A stretch of 34,399 bases of DNA from Gemmatimonadota bacterium (GCA_039585935.1 JBDGUY010000002.1:1-34399), one strand, 5' to 3'; shown: positions 17,519 to 27,273, numbered from the stretch's first letter. Notes: generated by a model from the letters alone, not told the origin. A program made the numbers and translations.

Positions 17519-20004
17519 CGGCCTCGAAACTGAGACGGGTCATCGTCAGTGGTGTCTGCCTCGTGGCCTGGCTGGTCGGGCTGGGCATCACCTGGATGTG
17601 GTTCGAGCTATGGCGGTCGGCGGCCGATCCATCCGGTTCCATAGAGTTGGCCGACCTGTCCGGGCCGGTCAGGGTCTACTCCGACACCTTTGGAATTCCA
17701 CACGTCTTCGCAGACACCGAGCCGGATGCCCTCCGGGCGCTCGGTTTCCTGCATGCGTCAGACCGCCTGTGGCAGATGGAGGTGTTCCGGAGAATCGCAG
17801 CCGGTCGATTGTCGGAAGTATTCGGAGCGCCCGCACTGGCAACCGATCGGTTCGTCCGCACGCTGGGTACCGATGAAGCCGCCCGGGCGGCCGCTGCGGG
17901 TCTTTCCCCCGCCGAGCGCCGGCGAATCGAGGCATACGTATCGGGCGTGAACGCGTTCCTGTCCCGGAACCGGGCTCTGCCACCCGAATTTCGCGTCCTT
18001 CGGGTGAAGCCGGAGCCGTGGGACGTGGAATCGACGCTGGCGGTCGGAATGGTGATGAACCTCGATCTCGCGGTCTGGCGGGCGGAGTTATCCAGGTTCT
18101 GGGCGGCTCGGCACCTGAACCCCGAGCGGGTCGAATTGCTCGTCGACGGCTATCCGGAATGGGGTCCAACGATTCTGGACAGCGAATGGAGTCCGCCGCC
18201 CGGTGCCGGGCTGGCGTTCCCTCCGGAAGCCGCTGAAGGCAATCCGGTTTCGGCCGCCGCATCGGACCCTGTCGCGAGGTGGGGCGCCGCACGGGTCCCG
18301 GGCGTGGGCCGGGTGTCCGTAGAGGACGAGTGGCTACCCATGCGAGTGCTCGCGACGATGTCGGCTCGCTCCGGTTCGAATTCCTGGGTGATCTCGGGTG
18401 ACAGGACGGAATCGGGTTACCCGATTCTCGCCAACGACATGCACCTCGCGCTTCGGGCGCCCTCGCTCTGGTACCTGGCCGCACTGCATGGTGAAGCGGA
18501 CGATTTCGCGGTCGCGGGATTTACGCTGCCGGGTGTGCCCGGCGTCGTTGTCGGGCATAATCGGGACGTCGCGTGGGGGTTCACCAACGGCATGGTCGAC
18601 GACATCGATTTCGTGGTCGAGACCCTGTCGCCGGACGGCCTGCAATACCGGGATCGGGTCGGAGAAGAAATCTTCTGGCGCGACATCGAATCGCGGACGG
18701 ACACCGTGGTCGTGCGTGGCCAGCCATCGGAGCTGATGCAGATCCGGCGGACGCACCGTGGACCGCTTCTCAGCGATGCGCTGGCCGGAGTCGGAGCCGA
18801 CCTGTCTGTCCTGTGGGTGGCGGTTGTGGGCAGCTCGGCGACGACCGGAATCCATGGACTGAACCGCGCCGCGGATCCCGACGCGCTCGACGCGGCGATC
18901 CGGGACTTCGCCCGCCCGCATCAGAACGTCGTGTATGCCGGGCGGGACGGAACGATCGGCTATAGGCTCGGCGGCCGGATCCCGCTGCGCGAGGGCCGGG
19001 ACGGGGCGACGCCCTTGCCGTCGGACTCCGTCGGCGAGGGCTGGTCGGGCTTCTGGCCGACGGATGCACACCCGTCGGCCGTGAATCCGCGACGCGGCTA
19101 CATCGCCACTGCGAATAACCTGCAGGCCCGGGGACTCGGGCGCTCGGTAAGCACCGACTACGCCTCGCCGCTGCGTGCGCTGCGGATTACGCAGGCGCTG
19201 GAGGTGCGACGGGATTGGAGCGCCGATGAGGTGCACGAGCTGCAGCATGACACCAGGAGTCTGCTGGCGGACAGGACGATCGGACGGGCCGTGGCGGCCG
19301 CTCGCCGACTCGGATTCATTGCCGAAGCAGAGCTGCTCGAGAACTGGGATCGCGATGTTCTTGTCGAGTCCCGGGCGGCGCCCCTGTTCTACAGCTGGTT
19401 CTACCGGTTGCGAACACTGATCGCCGCCGACGAGTACGCGGCGGCGCCGGAGTGGGCCTTCTTTCCTCTCGAAGCGACCCTGCGGACGCTCGAGGAGGGC
19501 GACGGCAGTCCGTGGATCGACAATGTGTCGACCTCACAGGTGGAGTCGCTCGAGCAGCTGGAGGAACAGGCCCTGGAGGACGCAGTCCGCGTCACAGCGG
19601 AATCGACATGGGGCGATCTGCACAAGGAGCGACACTCGCACCCGCTCGGGTCTGTCAATTGGCTGAATCGTCTGTTCGGGCTCCACATCGGACCGTATGC
19701 ATCGGAGGGTGGCCCGAACACGCTGCGTCCTGACGATTACCGGATCTGGGCGGCCCTGGATTCCAGCTCCTGGACGCCACCGTGGACCAGCGAATACGGA
19801 CCATCAGAGAGATTCGTGGCAGCGGTTACGCCCGAGGCGATCGTCGGCCGGTTCCTGGTTCCGACCGGGCAGAGCGGGAACCCTCTGAGCAGGCACTATC
19901 GAGACCTGAATTCTCGTTGGCGGGCCGGAGAGCTCGTTGACGTGCCGCTCGACCTGGAAAGGGCGCGAGCTCGTTCCGTGCGCAGCTTTGTACTTGAGCC
20001 GTGA
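17515..20004 (+). CDS. Penicillin acylase family Ntn-hydrolase with N-terminal membrane anchor
   Basis: GIPHVFA, HASDRLWQME, nucleophile GSNSW, ANDMHL, TANN and PTGQSGNP; ATG 17515 overlaps the upstream stop. Confidence 0.95.
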   Translation: MTASKLRRVIVSGVCLVAWLVGLGITWMWFELWRSAADPSGSIELADLSGPVRVYSDTFGIPHVFADTEPDALRALGFLHASDRLWQMEVFRRIAAGRLSEVFGAPALATDRFVRTLGTDEAARAAAAGLSPAERRRIEAYVSGVNAFLSRNRALPPEFRVLRVKPEPWDVESTLAVGMVMNLDLAVWRAELSRFWAARHLNPERVELLVDGYPEWGPTILDSEWSPPPGAGLAFPPEAAEGNPVSAAASDPVARWGAARVPGVGRVSVEDEWLPMRVLATMSARSGSNSWVISGDRTESGYPILANDMHLALRAPSLWYLAALHGEADDFAVAGFTLPGVPGVVVGHNRDVAWGFTNGMVDDIDFVVETLSPDGLQYRDRVGEEIFWRDIESRTDTVVVRGQPSELMQIRRTHRGPLLSDALAGVGADLSVLWVAVVGSSATTGIHGLNRAADPDALDAAIRDFARPHQNVVYAGRDGTIGYRLGGRIPLREGRDGATPLPSDSVGEGWSGFWPTDAHPSAVNPRRGYIATANNLQARGLGRSVSTDYASPLRALRITQALEVRRDWSADEVHELQHDTRSLLADRTIGRAVAAARRLGFIAEAELLENWDRDVLVESRAAPLFYSWFYRLRTLIAADEYAAAPEWAFFPLEATLRTLEEGDGSPWIDNVSTSQVESLEQLEEQALEDAVRVTAESTWGDLHKERHSHPLGSVNWLNRLFGLHIGPYASEGGPNTLRPDDYRIWAALDSSSWTPPWTSEYGPSERFVAAVTPEAIVGRFLVPTGQSGNPLSRHYRDLNSRWRAGELVDVPLDLERARARSVRSFVLEP

Positions 20005-20017
20005 GGAATCAGAACCC

Positions 20018-21028
20018 ATGAGCGAACGGACTGCGATCGTCGTCATCGGCGCCGGTCCCTGTGGCCTGGCAGTCGGAGCGGCCGCGCAGGCCGCCGGCAT
20101 GTCCTGTGTGCTGCTCGACAAGGGACCCGTCGTCAGTTCGATCGAGCGCTACCCGATCGACATGACGTTCTTCAGCACGGCCGACCACCTGGAGATCCGG
20201 GGGGTGCCGTTCATTTCTGACAGCGATAATCCGACGCGCAGCCAGGCGCTCAACTACTATCGCCGGATCGTCGAGTATTTCGACCTGGACGTCCGGCAGT
20301 ACGAGAACGTCACGAGAGTCGAGCGGCTGGACGGAGAACTCGGCGTGCATACCTGCCGGGCGGACGGTACGGAGGGCGGCTATCGTGCTTCCAGCCTCGT
20401 GGTCGCGACCGGCTACTTCGACACACCGAACCTGCTCGAAGTCGAGGGCGAGGACCTGCCGAAGGTCACCCACTATTTCCGCGAGCCGCACCGTTACTTC
20501 GACCAGGACGTCCTGGTGGTGGGCGGTGGGAACTCGGCGGTGGAAGCGGCGCTCACGACCTGGCGAGCTGGAGCCCGGGTCAGCATGGTCCACTTGCTCA
20601 ATGACTTCGACCGGGGCGTGAAGCCGTGGGTACTGCCCGACATCCGGAATCGAGTGTCCAGCGGAGAAATCGAAGTCTTATGGGGCAGCCGGGTGCTCGC
20701 GATCGAGCCCGGCCGCGTGAAGATCGGTCCGGTCGGCGACGGCGGCGAACGGTGGATCGCCAACGATTTCGTGCTCGCGATGACAGGCTTCCGGCCCGAC
20801 CCGCGCTTCCTGCAGGCGCTGGGCGCGCAGATCGACACGACGACGGGGGTACCGGTACACGATCCGGCGACCATGGAAACGACGGTGCCCGGTCTGTTCA
20901 TCGCTGGTGTGCTCGCCGCGGGTCTCGACGCGAACCGTATCTTCATTCAGAACGGACGGGAGCACGGCGACCTGATCGTGGACTCGTTGAGAACGCGTCT
21001 CGTTGACGGGCTTCGGGGGCTCGAATAG
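20018..21028 (+). CDS. ypdA: YpdA-family FAD/NADPH oxidoreductase (putative bacillithiol disulfide reductase)
   Basis: GAGPCG, YP..MTFFST, PTR..AL.YY, ATGYFD.PN, HYFREPH, GGGNSAVEAAL, VKPW and IFIQNGR.HG. Confidence 0.88.
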   Translation: MSERTAIVVIGAGPCGLAVGAAAQAAGMSCVLLDKGPVVSSIERYPIDMTFFSTADHLEIRGVPFISDSDNPTRSQALNYYRRIVEYFDLDVRQYENVTRVERLDGELGVHTCRADGTEGGYRASSLVVATGYFDTPNLLEVEGEDLPKVTHYFREPHRYFDQDVLVVGGGNSAVEAALTTWRAGARVSMVHLLNDFDRGVKPWVLPDIRNRVSSGEIEVLWGSRVLAIEPGRVKIGPVGDGGERWIANDFVLAMTGFRPDPRFLQALGAQIDTTTGVPVHDPATMETTVPGLFIAGVLAAGLDANRIFIQNGREHGDLIVDSLRTRLVDGLRGLE

Positions 21029-21088
21029 CTTCCCGAACTTGCCGGCGCGGTTGCCGGCGCCTCTACGAAGACGTGCACACGGATCCGC

Positions 21089-21358
21089 ATGAACGACGCG
21101 ACGGCTTCCGCTTCGACACGACCGACTCGAGATCGAATCGAGGAAATCCTCGCATCGATCAGGCCGGCCATCCGCGCCGATGGTGGTGACATCGAGCTCG
21201 TCGACTTCGACGAGCTGACCGGAATCGTTCGAATCCGGATGGTTGGCGCCTGCTATGCCTGCCCGATGTCCACCCTGACGCTGAAGGCGGGGATCGAGCA
21301 GCGACTGCGGATGCTGATCCCCGAAGTCAGCAGTGTCGAGTCGGTGGAGACGGTCTGA
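21089..21358 (+). CDS. NifU/Nfu-type Fe-S carrier (single Nfu domain)
   Basis: IRPAIRADGGDIELV and GACYACPMSTLTLKAGIE (CxxC). Confidence 0.93.
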   Translation: MNDATASASTRPTRDRIEEILASIRPAIRADGGDIELVDFDELTGIVRIRMVGACYACPMSTLTLKAGIEQRLRMLIPEVSSVESVETV

Positions 21359-21417
21359 TCCGCAGACGTTGCCGGCCGGACTACAGCCGGATTCACGGCG
21401 AGTTCAACTAACCACAG

Positions 21418-22638
21418 ATGCGAGACATACACGACATGGAGACCCCTTCCCTCGAAGATCGCGTGATGCAGTCGCTGGCCAGGGTCCGGACCGGCAGTGG
21501 TGGCCCGGATGTGGTGGAAGCAGGTGTCATACGCTCGGTGACCGCCAGCCCGGACGGTGAAATCCGTATCAACGTGACGATCCTTCCCGGAGTACCGCAG
21601 GATATCGCGGACACGATCCGCCTCGTGGCGACGGGCGTGCCCGGCGTCTCACGGGCAATCGTCGAACTGGCACAGGCGGCCGGAGGCCCCCCGGACGGAA
21701 CGGTTCCCGCGACACCTCCGCCGACTGGCCGAGCCGCGAAGGGTGGGAAACGGCCGTTGCCCGTCATGGCACCGCCGGGCGGCGAGCGAACACCGGCTCA
21801 GTCGCCGGGCCAGGTCAGTCGCGAAGAGGCAACTCGCCACCCGAGCGAAGCGGAACCGCTGCCAGGCGTACGGAACGTGATCGCCGTGAGTTCGGGCAAA
21901 GGGGGAGTAGGGAAGTCCACGGTGTCGACGAACCTCGCCGCAGCCTGGGCAAGTGCCGGATACCGCGTCGGTCTGATGGATGCGGATATTTACGGCCCTG
22001 ACATTCCGACGATGTTCGGGGCGTACGAGAAGCCTCGCATGGAAGATGACCAGGTGATCCCGGTGGAGGCGCATGGCGTGAAGTTGATGAGCCTCGGGTT
22101 CCTGGTGTCTGACGACACGCCCGCGATCTGGCGTGGACCGATCATCATGGGGATCGTCCGCCAGTTTCTGCACCAGGTCGAGTGGGGCGAACTGGATTAT
22201 CTGATCGTGGATCTGCCACCGGGCACCGGCGACGCACAGCTGTCGCTCGTTCAGCTCGTCCAGGTCACTGGCGCGGTAATGGTGACGACTCCGCAGGACG
22301 TGGCGGTCCAGGGCGTACTGAAGGGAATTCGGATGTTCGAGAGCGTGGACGTTCCGGTGATCGGAATCGTCGAGAACATGCGCGGATTCGTGTGCCCGGA
22401 CTGCCAGACAACGCATGAACTGTTCGGGTCGGGTGGTGGCGAAAAGCTGGCCGCGTCGATCGGTGTACCGTTTCTGGGAGCCGTTCCGCTGGGGCTGGCC
22501 GTGCGGCAGGAAGGGGATCGCGGCACACCGACGGTAATCGGGCGACCCGACTCGCCAGAAGCACAGGCACTGGCCGCGGTGGCCGCACAGGTGGACGAGA
22601 TGGTATCCGCCGGGAACAGAGAGACTTCAGCGACCTGA
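21418..22638 (+). CDS. mrp: Mrp/ApbC/NBP35 Fe-S carrier ATPase (start 21418 or 21436)
   Basis: SGKGGVGKST, DADIYGP, IWRGP, DLPPGTGD, VTTPQ and ENM..FVCPDC; N-terminal DUF59-like domain plus a Pro-rich linker. Confidence 0.95.
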   Translation: MRDIHDMETPSLEDRVMQSLARVRTGSGGPDVVEAGVIRSVTASPDGEIRINVTILPGVPQDIADTIRLVATGVPGVSRAIVELAQAAGGPPDGTVPATPPPTGRAAKGGKRPLPVMAPPGGERTPAQSPGQVSREEATRHPSEAEPLPGVRNVIAVSSGKGGVGKSTVSTNLAAAWASAGYRVGLMDADIYGPDIPTMFGAYEKPRMEDDQVIPVEAHGVKLMSLGFLVSDDTPAIWRGPIIMGIVRQFLHQVEWGELDYLIVDLPPGTGDAQLSLVQLVQVTGAVMVTTPQDVAVQGVLKGIRMFESVDVPVIGIVENMRGFVCPDCQTTHELFGSGGGEKLAASIGVPFLGAVPLGLAVRQEGDRGTPTVIGRPDSPEAQALAAVAAQVDEMVSAGNRETSAT

Positions 22639-22676
22639 GCGAGTCGGTCGGCTTCTTCCGACCGGAGGCGAACGAT

Positions 22677-23459
22677 ATGGGAATCGTGACCCTGACCACG
22701 GATTTCGGGACCGCTGACGGATACGTCGGCGAGATGAAGGGTGTAATCCTCTCGGGGGCGCCCGATGCCAGGCTGGTGGATATCGCGCACGATCTCCCGC
22801 CGGGCGACATAGCGTCGGCAGCCTGGGTGTTGTGGCGGATCTGGGAGCGCTATCCGCCCGGGTCGGTTCACGTCGTGGTAGTGGATCCCGGGGTGGGCGG
22901 TCCGCGGAAGCCGCTGGCAGTCAGTATTTGCGACCGATGGTACGTCGGACCGGACAACGGAATCCTCAGCCGAATCCTGCCGCCGGGCGCGCAGGGATCA
23001 GCCTGGGCACTCGATCCCGGCCGCTATGCGCCAGCCCCGGTCAGTGCGACGTTTCACGGTCGGGACGCGTTCGCCCCGGCTGCGTCTCTCATCGTGTGCG
23101 GCACGGCGCTGGAGGAACTCGGCTCGCCGTTGCCTGTCTCGGACCTGGTTCGATTCGAAGTCGCACAGCCCCAGCGGAACCGTGACTGTGTTCGTGGCCG
23201 GGTGGCGCATGTCGACCGGTTCGGGAATCTGATCACCGATATTCCCGCGTCGTGGGTCGCACCTTCAGCGCTCACGGAAATCGGAGGTGTGGCCATCTCT
23301 GGTGTGCGCAGCGGCTACACGAGTGTGGAATCCGATCGATTCGTGGCCCTGATCGGCTCGGCGGGGACTATCGAGATCGCGGTACGGGATGGAAGCGCTG
23401 CGGATCGCTTGTCGGTGCAGCGAGGAGAACCCGTCAGCGTGAGGCCGGAGCGGGACTGA
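22677..23459 (+). CDS. SAM hydroxide adenosyltransferase / DUF62 (chlorinase-fluorinase family)
   Basis: TLTTDFG, VVDPGVGG.R, GPDNG, SATFHGRDAFAP and HVDRFGNLIT. Confidence 0.95.
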   Translation: MGIVTLTTDFGTADGYVGEMKGVILSGAPDARLVDIAHDLPPGDIASAAWVLWRIWERYPPGSVHVVVVDPGVGGPRKPLAVSICDRWYVGPDNGILSRILPPGAQGSAWALDPGRYAPAPVSATFHGRDAFAPAASLIVCGTALEELGSPLPVSDLVRFEVAQPQRNRDCVRGRVAHVDRFGNLITDIPASWVAPSALTEIGGVAISGVRSGYTSVESDRFVALIGSAGTIEIAVRDGSAADRLSVQRGEPVSVRPERD

Positions 23460-23485
23460 ACGGAGCCCGTTCCGGGTCCGTATTT
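23460..23485. terminator. Hairpin between convergent genes
   Basis: ACGGA(G)CCCG-TTC-CGGGTCCGT followed by ATTT; fills the gap between the two stop codons. Confidence 0.45.
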
Positions 23486-24342
23486 CAGTCGTCGAACGAG
23501 ATGACGACCTTGCCGAACGCCGCCTTCAGGTCGATACGCAGCTGATGCCGTGCGCTCTCCCAGTTCTGCGTCTGCCAACCGTTCTCCACCTTCTCCATCC
23601 CACGCGGATTGAACCCGGCCAGGAACCCGGATTTCTCCAGCCGCACTCCGACATCCCGCGGCAGGACCAGGTGTAGCGCGCCGAGCCCGACGGAGATATC
23701 GGCACGGGCATCGTGCGTCCACTCCCCCGTGAAATCCAGCGTTACGTCGCCGATCGCGCCCTCGAAGTCGAGGACTTCGAAGCCGGAATTCCCCAGGCCC
23801 GACACATCGAACTCCGCCGCGCCGGCGGCAAGCTCCATGCGTCCCAAGCGGCTCGGATTCGGGGAGTCGAAGGTGATTTCGGTGCTGGAAGCGCCGGTCC
23901 GGTAGACGAAGTCTGTGAGCGGGATCCCACCCAACTCCAGCCGGGCCTCGGCCGCGCCCACCTCGAGCCTGACGGACGCGGGCACCTCACGGCTGAGCCC
24001 CAGGCGAAGCCTGCCGAACTCGTCGTCGTCGAAGTCCCACTCCGCATCCGAGTCACCGGCCGATTCGAACTTCAGGTCCAACCGTCCCGCGCTGCCGTCG
24101 ACCGTCCACGAGCGTTCGGGCCGGAGGCGGGCGGCGTCGTATCGCAGGCCAATGTCGTACAGGAGTCCCTGTTCGGCACCGAACACCTCGAGCTTTCCCG
24201 CCACGTACGTGACGCGCGCGTCGACCGAACGGATTCCATCGGTCTGTCTCCGGGCCGACAGGTCGGTCCAGTCGGGCTGCTGCGCTCCGAGGGGAGCGCA
24301 CAGCCCGAACAGGAGTGCGAGTGCGATTCCTGCCTTATGCAC
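23485..24342 (-). CDS. Secreted beta-repeat protein (toast-rack/LiaF-C/DUF2154-like)
   Basis: GTG at 24342 has GGAG upstream and overlaps the previous stop. Signal peptide HKAGIALALLFGLCAPLGA; repeated xxGAA/GAS/GAI/GLG beta units. Confidence 0.75.
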   Translation of the reverse strand: MHKAGIALALLFGLCAPLGAQQPDWTDLSARRQTDGIRSVDARVTYVAGKLEVFGAEQGLLYDIGLRYDAARLRPERSWTVDGSAGRLDLKFESAGDSDAEWDFDDDEFGRLRLGLSREVPASVRLEVGAAEARLELGGIPLTDFVYRTGASSTEITFDSPNPSRLGRMELAAGAAEFDVSGLGNSGFEVLDFEGAIGDVTLDFTGEWTHDARADISVGLGALHLVLPRDVGVRLEKSGFLAGFNPRGMEKVENGWQTQNWESARHQLRIDLKAAFGKVVISFDD

Positions 24343-25930
24343 CGGGCGTCTCCGCGGCGAAGTCCTCTGCATCGTCGAACAGGTCGGTCGCCGAGCCCTC
24401 GACGTATTCCCGGCGGGTTCCGCCGCGGGAGAGGAGTATCGCTCCAAGGCCCGTCGTGATGGCTACCCAGGTGATCACGCCTCCGGCGAAGAACACGAGT
24501 CCTCTCAGGAACCCGAGCAGGCCGCCGAGCAGGTACATCGCGGAGCCGACGGCGAACGGAGCGAGGAGCAGTGCAATGCCCGTCCACACGTACCAGTACG
24601 AGTTGGAGCGACGCAGGTTGAGCCGCTCGACCCAGTCGTACCGCTTCAGATCGAAGATCTCACCCGTCGCGTGCGCAGCAACTATGAAACCGGCCGGAAT
24701 CGCGAGTGCCGCCGCCAGGACGTAGAACGGGATCACCAGCCATGTGACGATTCCCACGACGAGCACGAGCCCGATCGGAACGAACAGCAGCTGTCCGGCC
24801 AGCCCGACGCCGAATGACCTGGTCATGTCGAGGCGCGCCGTGTCCGCCGCGACTTCCAGCCGTGGCCGGAAGAAGTAGACGATCGCGGCACCCAGCAGGC
24901 CAAGTCCGATCAGCCAGCCGAGCGCAAGGGCGATGCCTCCGACAGCGTGGCCGATGTTGTGCCCGATCCGGCCAAAGAAACCCCGATCGTGGCGGCTCGT
25001 GTGAACCCTGACGTCCGGGTCGACCCGTACGTCGACGGTCAGATCTTCGAGTTCGGCGAGCTCGCTGAGACCCTCGAAGTCCTCGAGATCAAACGACACG
25101 GAGACGAGCTCTCCCACCACCACACCGCCCTCGCGCAGCACTTCTCCGCCTACCTGCAGCAGGTCGCCTTCCACCCGGGCGCCTTCCGCCAAAATCAACT
25201 CTCCGTCGAGCACGATCGCATCACCGCGGATCGTGCCCTGAAGGAGAACATCGCCATCGAGCAGTGCAAGGTCCCCTTCGATGACCTGGTCGGCGCCTAC
25301 GACGTAATCATCGTGCACGACGAGCGCGACGTCTTCCCCCGACACAAGCGCGTGCGATCCGATACGCGCCAGGGAGCGGTGTAGTTGTTCCATGCTCCGG
25401 GTCAGACCATCCAGGGAACGAATGCCGGGTGCTATCGAGACCCGGCCATCTCCCAGGTCCCGGACAATCTCTGTTTCTCCCGCCAGCACCGGTTCCGTCG
25501 ACGCCGGCTGCAGAATCTCGATCGCGGAAGCGAGCGCAGCTGCCGATGCGGAGTTTGACTCGGCCGGCGGGCTCCAGCCCAGCAAGAGCTCGTCCACCGC
25601 GTCGGCATCGAGCACGTCAGGATTCCGCAGCAGCTCACGCCACGATCGTTCCAGCGCCCCTCCCGCCTCGTACGATCCGCTCACGGTCCCATCCACAAGG
25701 ACTTCACCGTCCCGGAACGAAATCGTCCGTGTCTCTCCGGAGGCGAGATCCAGTTCCAGCGTTGCCTCTCCGGAGGACATCGTCACGGCGCTGCCGTAGA
25801 CGGGGTTCTCCTGGGCCACCGCCTCGGCTCCCGCCAGCAGGAACAGTCCGAACAGGACTGCCGCTGAAGCGACGCCTCTTCGCAGAAGACGGAGGCTCCC
25901 CGTGTTCGTTCCCCTATCGACCTTCATCAT
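24335..25930 (-). CDS. Membrane protein with exported polymer-forming (bactofilin-like) beta-helix and C-terminal multi-TM domain; start approximate
   Basis: GGAGG precedes a run of four ATGs (25936-25925). Signal peptide ending AEAVA-Q; repeats IEGDLALLDGDV/IRGDAIVLDGEL/VEGDLLQVGGEV; about 5-6 C-terminal hydrophobic helices. Confidence 0.8.
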   Translation of the reverse strand: MMKVDRGTNTGSLRLLRRGVASAAVLFGLFLLAGAEAVAQENPVYGSAVTMSSGEATLELDLASGETRTISFRDGEVLVDGTVSGSYEAGGALERSWRELLRNPDVLDADAVDELLLGWSPPAESNSASAAALASAIEILQPASTEPVLAGETEIVRDLGDGRVSIAPGIRSLDGLTRSMEQLHRSLARIGSHALVSGEDVALVVHDDYVVGADQVIEGDLALLDGDVLLQGTIRGDAIVLDGELILAEGARVEGDLLQVGGEVLREGGVVVGELVSVSFDLEDFEGLSELAELEDLTVDVRVDPDVRVHTSRHDRGFFGRIGHNIGHAVGGIALALGWLIGLGLLGAAIVYFFRPRLEVAADTARLDMTRSFGVGLAGQLLFVPIGLVLVVGIVTWLVIPFYVLAAALAIPAGFIVAAHATGEIFDLKRYDWVERLNLRRSNSYWYVWTGIALLLAPFAVGSAMYLLGGLLGFLRGLVFFAGGVITWVAITTGLGAILLSRGGTRREYVEGSATDLFDDAEDFAAETPGA

Positions 25931-26000
25931 CATCATCCTCCATCTTCCGGACCGCCGTCCAGTAGTACGGCGCATGCTCATGCATGTACCATGGTGTCGA

Positions 26001-26678
26001 TCATCCAATTCGTCTTACTCCGGTCCTTATCGCACTGGGCGAAACTTCCATCAATTTCAGCAGCATCCACATCGAGACCATCCCGACGAGGGTCAACGTC
26101 GCCAGGGCGCCAACGGCGCTCCATGCGTTCAGATCGGCACGGAAAGCACCTACCAACGTCGCGAGGCCGGAGTCATACACGACTCTTCCAACCGCTACGA
26201 CCCCCTGCCAGACGAGGCCTGAACCGCGCTCATACACCAGCCTCGCCATGACGCCCGGAGTGACCTGCGGATAGGTGGTCAGCCAGACGAACGTCCCGAT
26301 CACCGCAGCCATCGCCGTCGCGGCAATCGCCGCCGCTCTCGGCGGGTGCGTGCGGAGACCATCCAGTACCCGGCTCCAGCGCGGAGCCGGCAGCTGAACG
26401 CGAGCCATGACTCGATTGGCGAATCCGGCCGCCGGAACGAGAACCACCAGGGCAGCGAACCGTTCCTGGAGCGATCCGATCTCCGCGACATCCCGCCTGC
26501 AGAGGTCGCACGAAGCGAGATGACGCGACTCGCCCGGCCCGGGCTCTCCGCCCATTCCGATGCGCTCTCTGGCCTCTGCGGCCAGGTGCGTTGTCGTCCC
26601 GTTTCTCGTGTCGTTCATGACAGCGTTTCCTCCATTCCCTCGACCGTACGGTGGCCGGGGTTCTCCGGTTTCAGTCAT
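26001..26678 (-). CDS. Zinc-binding (ZAS-type) transmembrane anti-sigma factor
   Basis: HLASCDLC (HxxxCxxC), PAAGFANRVMARV and hydrophobic helices; ATG 26678 overlaps the sigma stop and follows GAGG. Confidence 0.85.
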   Translation of the reverse strand: MTETGEPRPPYGRGNGGNAVMNDTRNGTTTHLAAEARERIGMGGEPGPGESRHLASCDLCRRDVAEIGSLQERFAALVVLVPAAGFANRVMARVQLPAPRWSRVLDGLRTHPPRAAAIAATAMAAVIGTFVWLTTYPQVTPGVMARLVYERGSGLVWQGVVAVGRVVYDSGLATLVGAFRADLNAWSAVGALATLTLVGMVSMWMLLKLMEVSPSAIRTGVRRIG

Positions 26679-27273
26679 CCGAATCCTCGATCGACCCGGA
26701 AAGTGCGTCACGCAGTTCGCGCCGCGCGCGAAAGATGTATGTCTTCACAGTTCCCAGCGGAATCCCCATGATTTCGGAGATCTCTTCGTACGGACGCCCC
26801 TCGACGTGGCGAAGCAGGATCGCGGTCCGGTAATCCTCCCGGAGGCCGGCGATCGCCTCTTCGAGCTCGCCGGCGAGTTCTTTGGCGACGAGGCGGTCAT
26901 CTGGCGCTTCCTCGTCTGATTCCAGGCTCAGGGAGGTCGCTTCCTGACGCTCGGGCGTCAGCGCGTCCGGGGCTCCGTGTACCGAGATCGTCGGCAGTTC
27001 CCGCTTTCGGAGGTGATCGACCGTGAGGTTGTAGGCGATCTTGAACAGCCATGAAGAAAACCGGTACGAGCGGTCGTAGCGGTCGAGGTTGTTGAAGGTG
27101 CGGACGAAGACCTCCTGCGACAGGTCCTCGGCGAGCTCCCGGTCGCGAACCATGCGGTATACGATGGAGAATACCGGACGCTCGAACCGGTGAACCAGCT
27201 CGCGAGCGGCTCGCTCATCACCGCGCCGACTGAGCCGGACGAGTTCCTTGTCCGTCTTCTCGCTGTAGTCCAA
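26671..27273 (-). CDS. ECF RNA polymerase sigma factor (SigW/RpoE-like)
   Basis: Region 2 AEDLSQEVF...FSSWLFKIAYN..VDHLRK; region 4 YEEISEIMGIPLGTVKTYIFRAR; probable TTG start at 27273. Confidence 0.95.
   Translation of the reverse strand: MDYSEKTDKELVRLSRRGDERAARELVHRFERPVFSIVYRMVRDRELAEDLSQEVFVRTFNNLDRYDRSYRFSSWLFKIAYNLTVDHLRKRELPTISVHGAPDALTPERQEATSLSLESDEEAPDDRLVAKELAGELEEAIAGLREDYRTAILLRHVEGRPYEEISEIMGIPLGTVKTYIFRARRELRDALSGSIEDSDD

Noticed and set aside
22677-23459. Halogenase (fluorinase or chlorinase)
   Set aside because: It retains the Asp/Arg/His residues typical of DUF62 SAM hydrolases (DPGVG..R, TFHGRD) and has no biosynthetic cluster context.
25925-25936. (ATG)4 trinucleotide run as a phase-variable repeat
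   Set aside because: It is in frame at the start region, so length changes would not shift the frame; it only makes the start ambiguous.
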